A DNA stretch of 64,000 nt. Origin: Antedon mediterranea. Lineage: Eukaryota > Animalia > Echinodermata. Of this stretch, positions 10,800 through 23,008 are shown in pieces (positions within the stretch are counted from its first letter, which is position 1; each line of letters begins with the position of its first letter). A program made the translations under genes and the position numbers. The stretch spans positions 4,583,812-4,647,811 of the forward strand of contig NC_092675.1 in the NCBI RefSeq assembly GCF_964355755.1, given 5' to 3'. The notes under the pieces were generated by a model. The model worked only from the letters and a program-made list of their open reading frames with translations. It was not told the DNA's origin and searched no databases.

Positions 10800-12554
10800 G
10801 TATGTATACCATTTATTAATTTGACTGAGATGTGTGTGCAAACAAAGGTAGCTAGTTAGTGGTATCATATGTAAATATAGTGATCCCAATAATAGTATAG
10901 GTGGAATAGAATAGACAGACTGATAAATGGATTTTGTCAGTTTGTTACACACCAAAAATAAGACTTCCGTTGTCATCCTTGTGGTGGTGACACTACATTC
11001 TACCAACCAAAAGACGATGCTATAAAAAATGCCGGAGTAAAATACACAAATGATTTCAACATCAATATTGACTGCATTATGACTCAAATGGCTTAAGTTA
11101 ATGGCTACCAAGTTGCTGTTTTCTTTATTGGGTATGCATTAGCTTTAACTGTCTTGACATTTATTAACGAGACAGTAGATCAAATGGTAATGCATATGTC
11201 CAGTCAAAATAGCCAGTATATTGTTGTTTGTAAAATTTCAGTAAGAAATGTGAGCAATATCTTAAGCATAAATTAGTCTGTGCATACTACTTATAGTAGT
11301 AATGTATCTTATACAAATAATGAATGTTTGTGAGTTGAAATAGGGAGAATATTTTATGAGCTGAAGAAGGATACATCCAATATTCAGATATAAAATGCTC
11401 AATTAATGTATATTTAAATTTATATTATTATTTTTTAGAAATCTTCTATTTGTATTATTTTCAGATTTTTCCTTTTTTTTTATTTGTCCTTTTTATGGAT
11501 TGCATTTAATCATAATCAACTACATCTCAATGATTTCCATTATCTTCTCTCTCATATTTTCTAATCTATATAATAGGCTCTTTAGTTCATTGTGCTAGTC
11601 TAAGCTCTCGTTTTGTGAAAAAAAAGTTCTCCCCCATCACATTTTTCCCCCTCCTTCCTGGCTACAGCCTTGTTTCCCAATATCCTTAGACTATTAAAAC
11701 TCTTCTCTTACAAACCATCTCAGTTTGATATCAGTCTCCCATGCGATACTCAATTTTCTCATCATCCATTATAAATATAGCATTATATTACTAAATAAGT
11801 ATTGAACTTAAAAAAAATGTATATTCAGATTGTTTGAGTAATATAAATAATTTCCATAATTTTAATTTCCTCTGGTAGATTTAGAATCATTTCCTTTTTT
11901 ACATAAAGTTAATTACCTTTTCCATCAATTGAAAGACGTATGACTCAGGTAAAAGTAAAAGGTATTGATCAGAAATATTAACATAAAAATAGGAAGAATT
12001 ATCATAAATATACTTTGGACTTCTGTATATCCACGGATGTATACCGTCATGGAATATCATAATTTTTCATTTCCAGATGAACATTAAAATGTACATTTTA
12101 ATTTGTAAAACATGTTAAACTGTTATGTGAATGCACAAATTTAGAAGAAATGTGGTTTAAAAATGATTGGAATAACAGTTTATTCAGTGCTCGGCAGCAG
12201 AAACACGCCTTAAGTGTTCTCAGTAGGATATTATGAGACCATTTTCCAAAAATGAGCAATGTTTTAAGTATTATAGCTGATTAAACGAAGAAACAGTAGA
12301 TAACGAAATGTAAAGTAGGCCAATTGACATATCTACTTGACTTAGGGAGAGGCACTTACTCAGATTGTTGAGTGTGAACTACACTAATGTTCCTTAAATG
12401 GAGAAAATAAAACATCTATGAATACATTAAATAGTAGTAACATATTACCCCTATAAATAAATGCACTCTCTGTTTATTATAATACCAAAATCATAGTTAA
12501 TTAGGTACAGTAGGCTACATAATTTAAAATTGGATTGATTGGGTTACACAAAAC

Positions 12555-14451
12555 CAGGGGCATCACTTGGCTGGTGGCCAGGGGGGCCGCCAAGGGCCCC
12601 TGGTGGGGTCCAGGGGGGGGGAAGCCCCCGGAAGCAACACGTTATAGCGTAATTTGAGGTCGTTTTAATCAGATTTAGGGTAGCCAATTTTTTCAATTTT
12701 GTATGGTACATAAATAAAATACTGTGTGAAAAACACATTGCAAGAGGTCCGGTACGATGACTGTGTAAATTCATTCTTTCAAATTTAAAAATGAAGTTTT
12801 TAAAGTTCAATATGCCTATCATAGAAAATATACGCGAACGTAAAACCTACCCACGGGCCAAGAGGTATATCGTAATAATCGCAGAGACGTAGGCAGGTTG
12901 CTGTCTGGGGGTGCGAAAATTGTAAATGCGCGAGATATCCATGGTCTGATTTGTAAGAAAATTTTGAAAAATAGAGCTGCTACAGTAGGTCCCCGGAAAT
13001 TGCAATTATACATTGATATATAAAACGAAATTACAATTCTATCAGAGAACAAGCCCACCGAGGTTGAGATGGAGCTAAGGACATTTAAATAACTAGAGTT
13101 GTTTAGGTCCCCGGATATTGGATTATAGTATTTCGAAAAAAAGAAACAAAATATATAAGACTCCAGGACCAGCCCTACCATTAGGGTTGAGCTGCTAAGA
13201 AAATTGTGAAAAATAGACCTGCTACGTACCTGGAAATTGCACTTATATAGGCCCATATTGATAAATGAAACGAAATTATAAGTCTACAGAACCAGAGCTA
13301 AGAAAATTGTCAAAAATAGAGCTGCTAGGTCCCTGCAAAACATTGAAATATGAAAAGAAATTATAGGTCCAGCCCACCATGGTTGGGGTGGAGCTAAGAA
13401 CATTCTGAAAAATAGAGTTGCTAGGTCCCGGAAATTTAACTTATTTTACTTCGAAGCATAAAACAAGATATATACCGGTACGTCTCCAGAACCAGCCCTA
13501 CCATGGATATAAAAAAAAATTGAAAAAAATAGAGCTGTAGGTTCAATTCACTGACTGTATATTGTACATCGAAATATGAAACAAAATGTACGGTAAGTAT
13601 ACATGACCAGCTCTATAATTGGGGACGGTTGAGCTAAGACAATTTTGAAAACTAGAGATGCAGGTCTTCAAAAATTACACCTATACTTAAAAAAAATTCA
13701 GACATAGAGGCCTAAACAAGTTACCCTTTTTACCTTTTATTTGGAGGGGAATGCATCCACAAGCGTAGACCATTTTCCGTCGGGGAAATCAGTTTATTTC
13801 CCAGATGTGAATCTGGAATTTCGATGTACGAGCAGTTCATGACATACAGGACATTGGAAATGTAATAACTTATAGCTATAATAAGATGTTGGCTAAACGA
13901 AAATGGCATGTTTTTTGTTTAGTAATGTAGGCCGAGCCTACAGTGAAAAACGTCTATTTCAGGTTCAAGTACCCCACGGTAATCGTAAATTTAAAAATTG
14001 AACATACGAACAATAAAATAGATCGCAAAGATAATTCGTACCCTTTTGCTATCGATACACAGTACACGACGTAACGCATCAGTAAACTTCGCCTGGAAAG
14101 TAACTACAGTACACATTCTGGTCCCTGGGTGGAACATGATATCACGCGTAAACCGCAATGGGCCGGGCCCAATGTTAAACGATTCGTACAAAGGGACACC
14201 GCCAGACAAGTGCATACCTATTGCTTATTAGATCGCTGGCAATAATGCATGAATGTAATAGCCCTCCGACGTACTTAACAAAAATGGAACTTCGCAGTTT
14301 TCTAGTCGCTGAAGCTACGAAGTGAACGCGAATGATTTTTACTTTATATTATATTCCCCGATGAAAAGTACTCGCGTTCCCCGACGTGGGGGCTAGGCTC
14401 CCCGACGAGGGGGCTACAGCCCCCGTAGCCCTCCCGCTGGCGCCAACACTG
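12555..14451. mobile_element. Non-autonomous hAT-type element, 1897 bp, with internal ~120-bp tandem repeats (~12950-13680)
   Basis: Perfect 8-bp TSD CACAAAAC (12547-12554, 14452-14459), CAG...CTG termini, GC-rich subterminal blocks, no transposase ORF recognised. Confidence 0.85.
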
Positions 14452-14483
14452 CACAAAACTGTGCTGGAGGACATTTTTATTTA

Positions 14484-14595
14484 AGCATATAAACAGAGAT
14501 TGAATACTTTCTGTGGAAGTCCCTTTAAGCTATAAAATAGATTAGCATATAAACAGAGATTGAATATACTTTTAGTAAAGTCCCTTTAAGCTATA
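14484..14595. repeat. Tandem duplication, 60-bp period
   Basis: AGCATATAAACAGAGATTGAATA...AGTCCCTTTAAGCTATA occurs twice. Confidence 0.85.
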
Positions 14596-16303
14596 GACCA
14601 GCTTTATTCCAAGGTGAGGTTTCCTGCTTGTTGGCTTTGTAAACCATTGTTAATGAGCAGTCAGTGGTGGAGAAGTCCTATTGCGGAAGCGTTCCATGAT
14701 CTACAACACGGAATGCACCTCGATTCCATATTTAGTTGCTCTACACCACTATTTATAATATACTGTGGTTTCCAGAAGCTAAAAAGAGTGGAACAACCAT
14801 ATTGGTTTCTGGTTTGTTGTTGTTATTCATGGATTTAATTGTTTAATAACTTCAGGTTAAGTTCAATGCTGATCAACAAGTTCATATGTGTTGTTTACTG
14901 ATTCATTTATATGAGGCTACACACTGATTAAGATACGACGACGACGAGGAAGCCAAGGTTGCACTTGCTTACCGTGAAGGATTTTGTTTACTACCGCTTA
15001 ACTTACATTAATGATCTATGACATTGAATTATTTTAAGTGAACACTAAAATATTCATTGAATAAATCGCATTTTATAATCATTTTATGTATGTTTGTATC
15101 AATACTATCATTCTCATTGGTGGAGAGATACATACAAGGATTAATGAAAAAGCAAGTGTTTCTTAAACTGTGACAATATCAGGTTAATATTGTTATGTTA
15201 CCCCAGTGAATTCTAATTTCTGCCTCCATCATTTCAAAGATATCTAGAGCACTTGTAAGCAGATTATATACTTCTAAACAGTGAATAAATTTCAGAAATA
15301 TTTTTATGTGAATTCTATTATAGTAAGCTGTGGAAATAACGAATGATTTATGAGTTTAGATTGCATGTAAATTGTCGTCAATGGATATAGAACAGGAAGC
15401 CAGAACGCGGTAATTACCACTGATATAGGTACTGTGTTTCTCTTCGCTACAGCTATTGGTTTGAACGCTGATAACGCAGCTTATCTCTAAAACGAATATT
15501 CATCATTGTTTTGATGTGTAGATTTTACCAAACGACAGTATTTTGTTATTATGACGGCAGATGTGAATTAACCATCCTTTTGTTATAGCGGTGGGGAGTC
15601 ATCTTTTGTATTTTGTTGATATCAAGGCTGATAGAAGCTAGTTCTTGTAACAATGTTTGTGCTTTAAATATTATAAGCTTTTGCTTTATTTTTTAGATTT
15701 ATAATCCTACGTTTTGGAGGTCAGAGCAGAATTATTACTTTACTATCTCTTTTGTGGTTGGAAGTGTTTTACTTTGATTGTTGTTTCATTATATTGATTT
15801 TTAAAGTGATTTGATCAAGTAGAAGAAATACCTGCTTTTGATCTTGGACCTGTTTCTTCAGTGTTAGTTACGTTTTATCAAAGACATTGTGTTTGCATGG
15901 TTGTGTATTTTATCTTGATTGTCTACACCTGTGCTGTGGAAAACATTTGCATAATTTCTTTCAAGATATCATTCACTACTTCAAGTTTATGTTGACATTT
16001 TTTTAGTGGAAATATAATGAAAATCTAAACTTTGACTAATCCGTTGGAAATGATGATATGTTAAACTTCTCGAATAACAATTAATATTCAATTTCTGAAT
16101 AGATTTATCATCTTTGAAATTGTATTGAATACTTTTTTTTTTAATAAGTTGTTGTTTCAAACTGAACTCTCTCGTTTCTTTTACAAAATATTTTGATTAA
16201 TATTTAATGGCTGTTTGACTGTTCTGAGGAATTACCACCAGCTTACTGTGGATTTTTAAATGGTTAAAAACAATTTTCAGTGAACATTTTGACATTTGGA
16301 ACG

Positions 16304-16402
16304 ATGGAGCGTCTATCTACTATATCAGACAGTTCACTCGATGATGATTTAAATGGACTTAAATTTCCTATAGTTGATTTTTTAAACTTGGAAGTAACTG
16401 AG
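16304..16402 (+). CDS. RASGEF1: Candidate alternative first coding exon B of RASGEF1: MERLSTISDSSLDDDLNGLKFPIVDFLNLEVTE
   Basis: ACGATGG Kozak context, 33 codons, GAG|gtaaga donor in phase 0; a possible acceptor also exists at 16280. Confidence 0.65.
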
Positions 16403-16851
16403 GTAAGATGCATAAACTTAAATGTTTATAATATAGTGAAAATAAAAAGAAAAATGTATTTTTTAGGTCATAATTATGTAGGTTATTTCAGAATATTTGT
16501 AGGATTGAATACCATATATCACAAAATATAGTCATAGAGAGTCGGGATATAATTTGTTGAATGTGGGGTTACTCGGTTTGCATTACAATCATTATAAGTT
16601 TTATGTCCTAATTTAGCCAAAATCATGGAGGTGGAATACTCAAGGATAGGATTATACTGGGTATAGCTTGAATTGTGTACAGTGCAACAAAACCAGTACA
16701 TGGCAGCATGAATTTGACTGTGGCCCATGTGGCTTGTTTACTTCTTCTTTTCAGTTTATTTTATTTTATTTCACATACATTCAACAGCGATATCGCCAAT
16801 TACAGGATGCCTTAAAGAGTATATATATATATATATATGATGAGTTTGTGA

Positions 16852-17043
16852 CAGTGGCTGTGTGTGAACTAGTACACCGGGGTAACCCCCTACTCGTCTC
16901 GAAAGATGTACTAGGTTCTTTAACGTGCACATGAGCCAGATGTGTACACTGGACCTACGGTTTATAGTCCTTATGCGAGAAGACTTGTTCTACCACCATA
17001 ACCATGAAGCAACAGAGAGTCTCAAATCCTTGCCGATGTTATG
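16852..17043 (-). mobile_element. Deu-domain SINE, partial copy
   Basis: Reverse-complement match to the centre of the 38959-39275 copy. Confidence 0.85.
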
Positions 17044-17259
17044 ACAATGTATTACTCATTTGGCACTCGTATATATATAACCATGGAAAATACCTCCAGG
17101 ATGTAACGAATGATGTTGATGTAAAGTGGAATTTTGAATATGGTGTGTGGAGGGGAAGGATTGTACAGTGTTGGAAGATACACAATTACAGTAAAGTAGA
17201 ACAAGTAGGGTGAAATGTTCATTTTTTGTTGATCCATGAACAAAAATCACTCCTATTAA

Positions 17260-17886
17260 AGCCCCATTCCCTACGTTTTTTAGATCTAATTTAAGATCAC
17301 AAACTATATTTAATGTAAAAATAATACTATATGGTCCTATTGCGATAACTTTTTTCGTCTTTAAACGGTTAAAAATGTGAAAAATAAGCCGATTCTAATA
17401 ATTATAGCGGCCCGCTATAAATCCCAAAATGCATTGCGCGCGGATTGATATTTTTGTTTTTCACCTGTAATTCGCCCACTTTTTGATCGATCGTGAGGCC
17501 AAAACAAATGGAAGACTCCTAACTTTTCAGCGAAAATACCGGGTTTTCCCCAATTTGTATCAACGGAGTCTGGCAAAAATAGAAAGACAATTAATGCAGC
17601 AACTATACAACGTCAGGCTAGGTATATAGCTCGCGTACGATGTTCGTACGTTACCGATGTTTACCAGCTAGGCCTACAAAACTAAGCCTAGCTAGGCTAG
17701 GCCTAAGACCGTCCACGAGAGGTCGATCGCCGCGAGCTACTTAGGTAGTGCATTGTTTCTCACTTTTTATCATAATTTACCATAAAACGTACATTTAAGA
17801 CAAGGAATGAGATGGTTTAATGTTTTTAAAGTGATATATATGTATTATTTTCCAAAAAAACGTCCAAAATTGCAGGGAAGGGGTCT
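17260..17886 (+). mobile_element. Kolobok-like MITE family 1, copy 1 (627 bp)
   Basis: TTAA TSD, AG...CT termini, TIR AGCCCCATTCCCT / AGGGAAGGGGTCT; near-identical inverted copy at 37291. Confidence 0.9.
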
Positions 17887-18384
17887 TTAAGATTTCAAGT
17901 AGAACATTAGTTTTAAGAATGTCACAACAAATATAATAGATTTATTTTTTTATCTTTCGTGGGAATCACCCACCTTAACTGTAATTTCTTATCATTTTTA
18001 TTAACATGACTATATTTATGAACGTATTCATTTACAAACCGATATATAATAATATAAATAAATGTCATTCTTAAAATGATATAGATACATATTTGGCATA
18101 AAGGTAAATATAATAGATTTAAGCGAAACAGTAATAATATATAGTAATAACATTATAGTATACACTTGCAATTTGTATGAATAATTATTGATACAAGACG
18201 ACAGAATAATTGGATGCTATGAAAATGGAAAGGTAATCAATTTCAAGTACTGCAGGCAATGAAATACAATCATGATACACGGTGGTGGGGTATTGTGTTG
18301 AGTTTGTGCTATAATCAACAATTGAAATATAAAGGCCATCAGCCTTCATTAGAAAAGTTCACATTCATTTTGATTCGCTTTAAC

Positions 18385-18406
18385 CAGGGAGTTGTACAAC
18401 TCCCTG
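18385..18406. mobile_element. 22-bp perfect palindrome with 7-bp TSD (P-element-like footprint)
   Basis: CTTTAAC|CAGGGAGTTGTACAACTCCCTG|CTTTAAC. Confidence 0.7.
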
Positions 18407-18688
18407 CTTTAACGGTATTTTGTGTATTTTATGTGTAAACTGACTTTCTGATTGGGTCAACCGGCTTAGCTACAGTGATTTTTAGTTATTTATATAATGA
18501 AATAGACCGAATAAATAATGAAATTAAATAAAGGTTTTATGCATTACTGGATATCCCCAGTAATGCTGCTATTTTGAATTTCTATATATATATATATATG
18601 AATAAATTGTGAGTTGTGTATAGTAATAAATGTACATAGAAATATATACTTGATTATTTTTATAGGCATACTGTACATTACAATATTA

Positions 18689-20577
18689 CTCTAGTAGCTA
18701 GATCAACTTTCGTATGCACTTTGAGGTCCAGAGAATTTGACTTCAGAAATTGGTTTAGGGTGGTCAAACAATCATATTTGGCTTGGTTACACATTTTGAA
18801 AATGTGGCGAAAGGTCAAAAGGTCAAGGTGAAAGGTCATAAGACCAAACATAAATATGTCCTTAAATCTCAACAACCACTGGTCACAACGAGGTAATTTT
18901 GGTCTTAAATTAATCAGAAGGTATACATTTATATTCAGTCTAATGGGACATTTTAGTAAAAAATGACCGGAAATGCCATTTCTGACCTTTGACCCACAAC
19001 CCAGGGCATGTATGTATCTCCGTAACTACTGGTCGTAGACACTTGAATTTGGTTTTAAATTCTTCGAAATATATATTTTGTTATTTGTTACTCATTTTGA
19101 AAAATGTTACAAAAGGTCAAAGGGTCAAGGTCAATGGTTATTTGAACAAATAAAAAAAGGTACTTGTATCTCGGCAACCACTGGTCGCAGCAAGTCAATT
19201 TTGGTCTCAAAATGTTCAGAAGGCATGCATTTATATTCCATCTAATATGGCATTTTAGTCAAAAATGATCAGAAATGCCATTTCTGACCTTTGACCCACA
19301 TACCAGGGCATCTTCATATCTCTGTAAGTACAGGTCGTAGAAACTTAAATTTGGTATCAAATTGTTCGAAATATACATATTTACATTCATTGTAATAGAA
19401 AATGTGGTTAAAAGATGAATAGAAATACTATTACTAATGTTTCAAACAAAAAACATATCTACACAACTTATCCTTAGACAGTAATGTTATGCAATAACTG
19501 ATACTTTAAATTGTTTTAATTTCAAGTACTAGTTATTGCTGTCCCCGAGGACATTTTGATAGAAACGTTAAGCTCAACAGTTCTTTTCAGAATGCTAGAA
19601 GTAACTTGCCATATGTATCCGATTAAACGCCCCAGGCATTTATTGTTCAAAAGGGTTTTTAGGGGGAAAGGAAGAATCTTTATTTGGGGTATAATAGGGT
19701 AACATGTATAATCAAATAAATACCACCTAGATGTAAAAAAATACTGCACAATTAATATAAAAAAGTGATAAAATTATGTCAAAATGCTTGGTAAATTGTA
19801 GATTATGGTAGTTAATGAAATGTGTTGACGTGATACAATTATTGTGTAAATGCATGTAGCGGGGCGTTTATTCCACATGGTGTTCTATTGGAGGGAATGG
19901 TGGCGTTTATTTGAAAGAATACTCTAATTTTAATAATTGTATTTCGTTTCTCAACTGATAAAAGGTACTTTACATGATTCGTTTTCCTCTTTATGCTTTT
20001 TAACGAAATGGTTCTGTCTTTTAAAATAAAAGTGATAGATTCCATTAAATGAATCTTCTCCTCCAGATGCCAGTATAATGATATAAAACAATGACACATC
20101 ATTATCCTGACACGATTGCACTCATAATGGATCTTCATTCTATCATCTATTTGTTTGTAACTACAAATTTGACAACAATCTTTTGCATAGTTTTAAATGC
20201 CAATACATAGTTTCATTACTATTGTACAATATGTCCAGCTTTCCTGAAAACACCCTTGTGTACTGTAGTACAGTGTTGTTGTATGATTTTATCATGATAA
20301 ACTTCTGATGCTTTTATTGTCAATGCATTCAGTACCTAAAACATGTCAAAGTTTCTAGTGGTATTGATAATAAATCTCCAGAAATATATATTGTTTTATT
20401 ATCTACACTGGGAACAGACGTGTATATGTATAAGTTTTGTCGTTGACATTCAAAACTATTATGCAACAGTGTTACGTGACAATGACTTGGTCTATTATTG
20501 TGGTCTCCGATACCTTTCATTACATGATTGTACTTCCACCAGGATAGAATGAGGTTTAATCTCGTTATTATTCTTAT

Positions 20578-20608
<31 letters not shown>

Positions 20609-21665
20609 GGGGTGTATTTATTTGATTATACATGTTACCATTATTACACCCAACAAAATAAACGCCTTCCCTGAATAAATAAATGCCCGAGGCTTTTATT
20701 TGGGTAACTACAGAAATTACTTTTAGCATTCTCAAAATGTTTGAACGTTCGGGGGTCAACAATACTTTCTAGCATTATTATAAGCAAAAGTACAATTATT
20801 ACAAACAGTAAAGGATTTGTTTTAATTCCTATAATGAAATTATTAAGCATCAATTATTGCATAACATTACTGTCTAATGATAAGTTGGGTAGATATGTTT
20901 TTCATTTAAAAGATTAGTAATTAATAGTATTTCTGATCATCTTTTATCCAAATTTTCTGTTAGAATGAATGTAAATATGTGTATTTCTAACAATTTGATG
21001 CTAAATTTAAGTTTCTACGACCTGTACTTACAGAGATAAGAAGATGCCCTGGTATGTATGTCAAAGGTCAGAAATGTCATTTCCGGTCATTTTCGACTAA
21101 AATGTTTCATTAGACTGAATATGAATGTATACCTTCTGATCAATTTGAGACGAAAATTACCTCGCTGTGACCAGTGGTTGCCGAGACACAAATACCTATT
21201 TGTGTTTATTCATATAACCCCTGCCTTGACCTTTTGACCTTTTGTATCATTGTTCAAAATGTGTAACAAATAACTAAATGTATATTTCGAACAATTTGAG
21301 CCCAAATTCAAGTCTCTACGGCCAATAGTTACGGAGATACAGACATGCCCTGGTTTATGGGTCAAAGGTCAGAAATAGCATTTCCGGTCATTTTCGACTA
21401 AAATGTTTCATTAGACTGAATATGAATGTATACCTTCTGATCAATTTGAGACCAAAATTACCTCGCTGTGACCAGTGGTTGTCGAGATTTAAGGACATAA
21501 TGGTGTTTGATCTTATAACCTTTGACCCTGACCTTTTGACCTTTCGCCACATTTTCAAAATGTGTAACCAAGCCAAAAATGATTGTTTGACCACCCTAAA
21601 CCAATTTCTGAAGTCAAATTCTCTGGACCTCAAAGTGCATACGAAAGTTGATCTAGCTACTAGAG
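18689..21665. mobile_element. ~3-kb foldback element with ~1.05-kb inverted arms (18689-~19735 / ~20605-21665)
   Basis: Outer arms nearly identical (CTCTAGTAGCTAGATCAACTTTCG...); each arm carries ~310-bp tandem units rich in TGACCTTTGACC; flanked by TA. Confidence 0.9.
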
Positions 21666-22124
21666 TATATAGACCAATATTATGAAATTAGAAAATGTAA
21701 ATCATTTGTTTATTTGAAAAAGACAGTTTTAAACTATTTTAAAATATAGTATATATTAACAGATATGAATAAAATATAATGTCACTGTGTGTTAAAATGC
21801 ACTAATTTTATATATGAGATCCAAGATATACAGGTTTAGTCTAATAATCATCCAGACACAAAATGATGGAGATCCTGAGATTATCTGATACCGGTGTTTT
21901 TTTTTTGTGTCTGCCTTTTTTATTTAAACTTATTTATGCAATTTATTTTGTAACTATGGACGTCCGTTTCCGAAATACTGTAAAAGTAAAATGAATGAAT
22001 GAATACACATGAATCATAAGGATGATGATAACTTACTCCAATTTCCAAATGTTTTTAGGTAATTTGAATTGTGATATTTCCAATAATCTTATCTAAACAT
22101 TATTTATGAATTTTATTCTTTCAG

Positions 22125-22184
22125 CCAAGTATATTTGGAACACTTGCTAAAGATAAGTCTCCTGCTAGAGACGAAAATAAGAGG
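22125..22184 (+). CDS. RASGEF1: RASGEF1 internal/cassette exon (60 nt): PSIFGTLAKDKSPARDENKR
   Basis: ttttattctttcag acceptor, AGG|gtaagt donor, open, phase 0-0; joins in frame to 28045. Confidence 0.7.
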
Positions 22185-22475
22185 GTAAGTCCCTACCAGC
22201 AATGTTCTTCCTGAAATAGATCACTTTGTTTGTCAATGCTTTGTCTTTTAATGATAACACACTTTTAGTAGTTACATTATTACTCTCGTTTACAGATAAT
22301 AAAACAGGTTTGTTTTTGGTTGGACAATCCCATTCCAAATTTTCCCTTTGTTGTGTTTCTTGAATATTATATTGAACTCTGAATGTTTGATAATCATCAT
22401 TGTGTAGAATAGGTGAAATTACGGGTCCCATTTATTCCAATTTTTAACATGGCGACGGTATCAAAATGAAACACT

Positions 22476-23008
22476 AATTAAACATAGCATGTTAAATGTT
22501 TAAGGCAGGTCACCATCAAATAAAGCATCTTTTACACCTGCTCTAGTCCAGATCCGCTCCGGCTCTGGCAAGTAAAAGTGAATCTCAAAATTTCGTTTTC
22601 ATGATGCTGCACGTAGCTATGCCCCAATCTTGTTGTGCATAGCCGTATAGCACGTTGTTAAATATATTAAACTCAGGATGATCATTATCTATACTATATC
22701 TTATAGTATATTATATATTAATTCTGATATTATTCCTAATTTAATGTTTATGATAATTGCTTGATATTGTTAATTGTTTAAATATATTTTAATTTCATTA
22801 AAGAGGGCCACTGAATATCACTTAATCCATTGAGCTAAACTGGAAGGGTTACTCTCTTTTTAAAGATGTTTGAATAAAACAAAAATGTAAATTAAACATA
22901 GCATGTTGAATGTTTAAGGCAGGGCACCATCAAATATAGGAATCAGAGTTTTTTACACCTACTCCAGTCCAGCTTTGCTCCGGCTCCGGCAAAAAAAAGT
23001 GAATCTCT
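22476..23008. repeat. Two ~115-bp direct repeats (22476-22588, 22890-23008) separated by ~300 bp
   Basis: AATTAAACATAGCATGTT.AATGTTTAAGGCAG...GTGAATCTC occurs twice. Confidence 0.8.

Noticed and set aside
12544-13256. Minus-strand ORFs of 92 and 145 aa inside the hAT-like element
   Set aside because: No transposase motifs; they translate GC-rich subterminal and tandem-repeat DNA.
18678-21685. Mirror-image ORFs on both strands (18678-18875 and 21422-21685)
   Set aside because: Consequence of the inverted arms of the foldback element.
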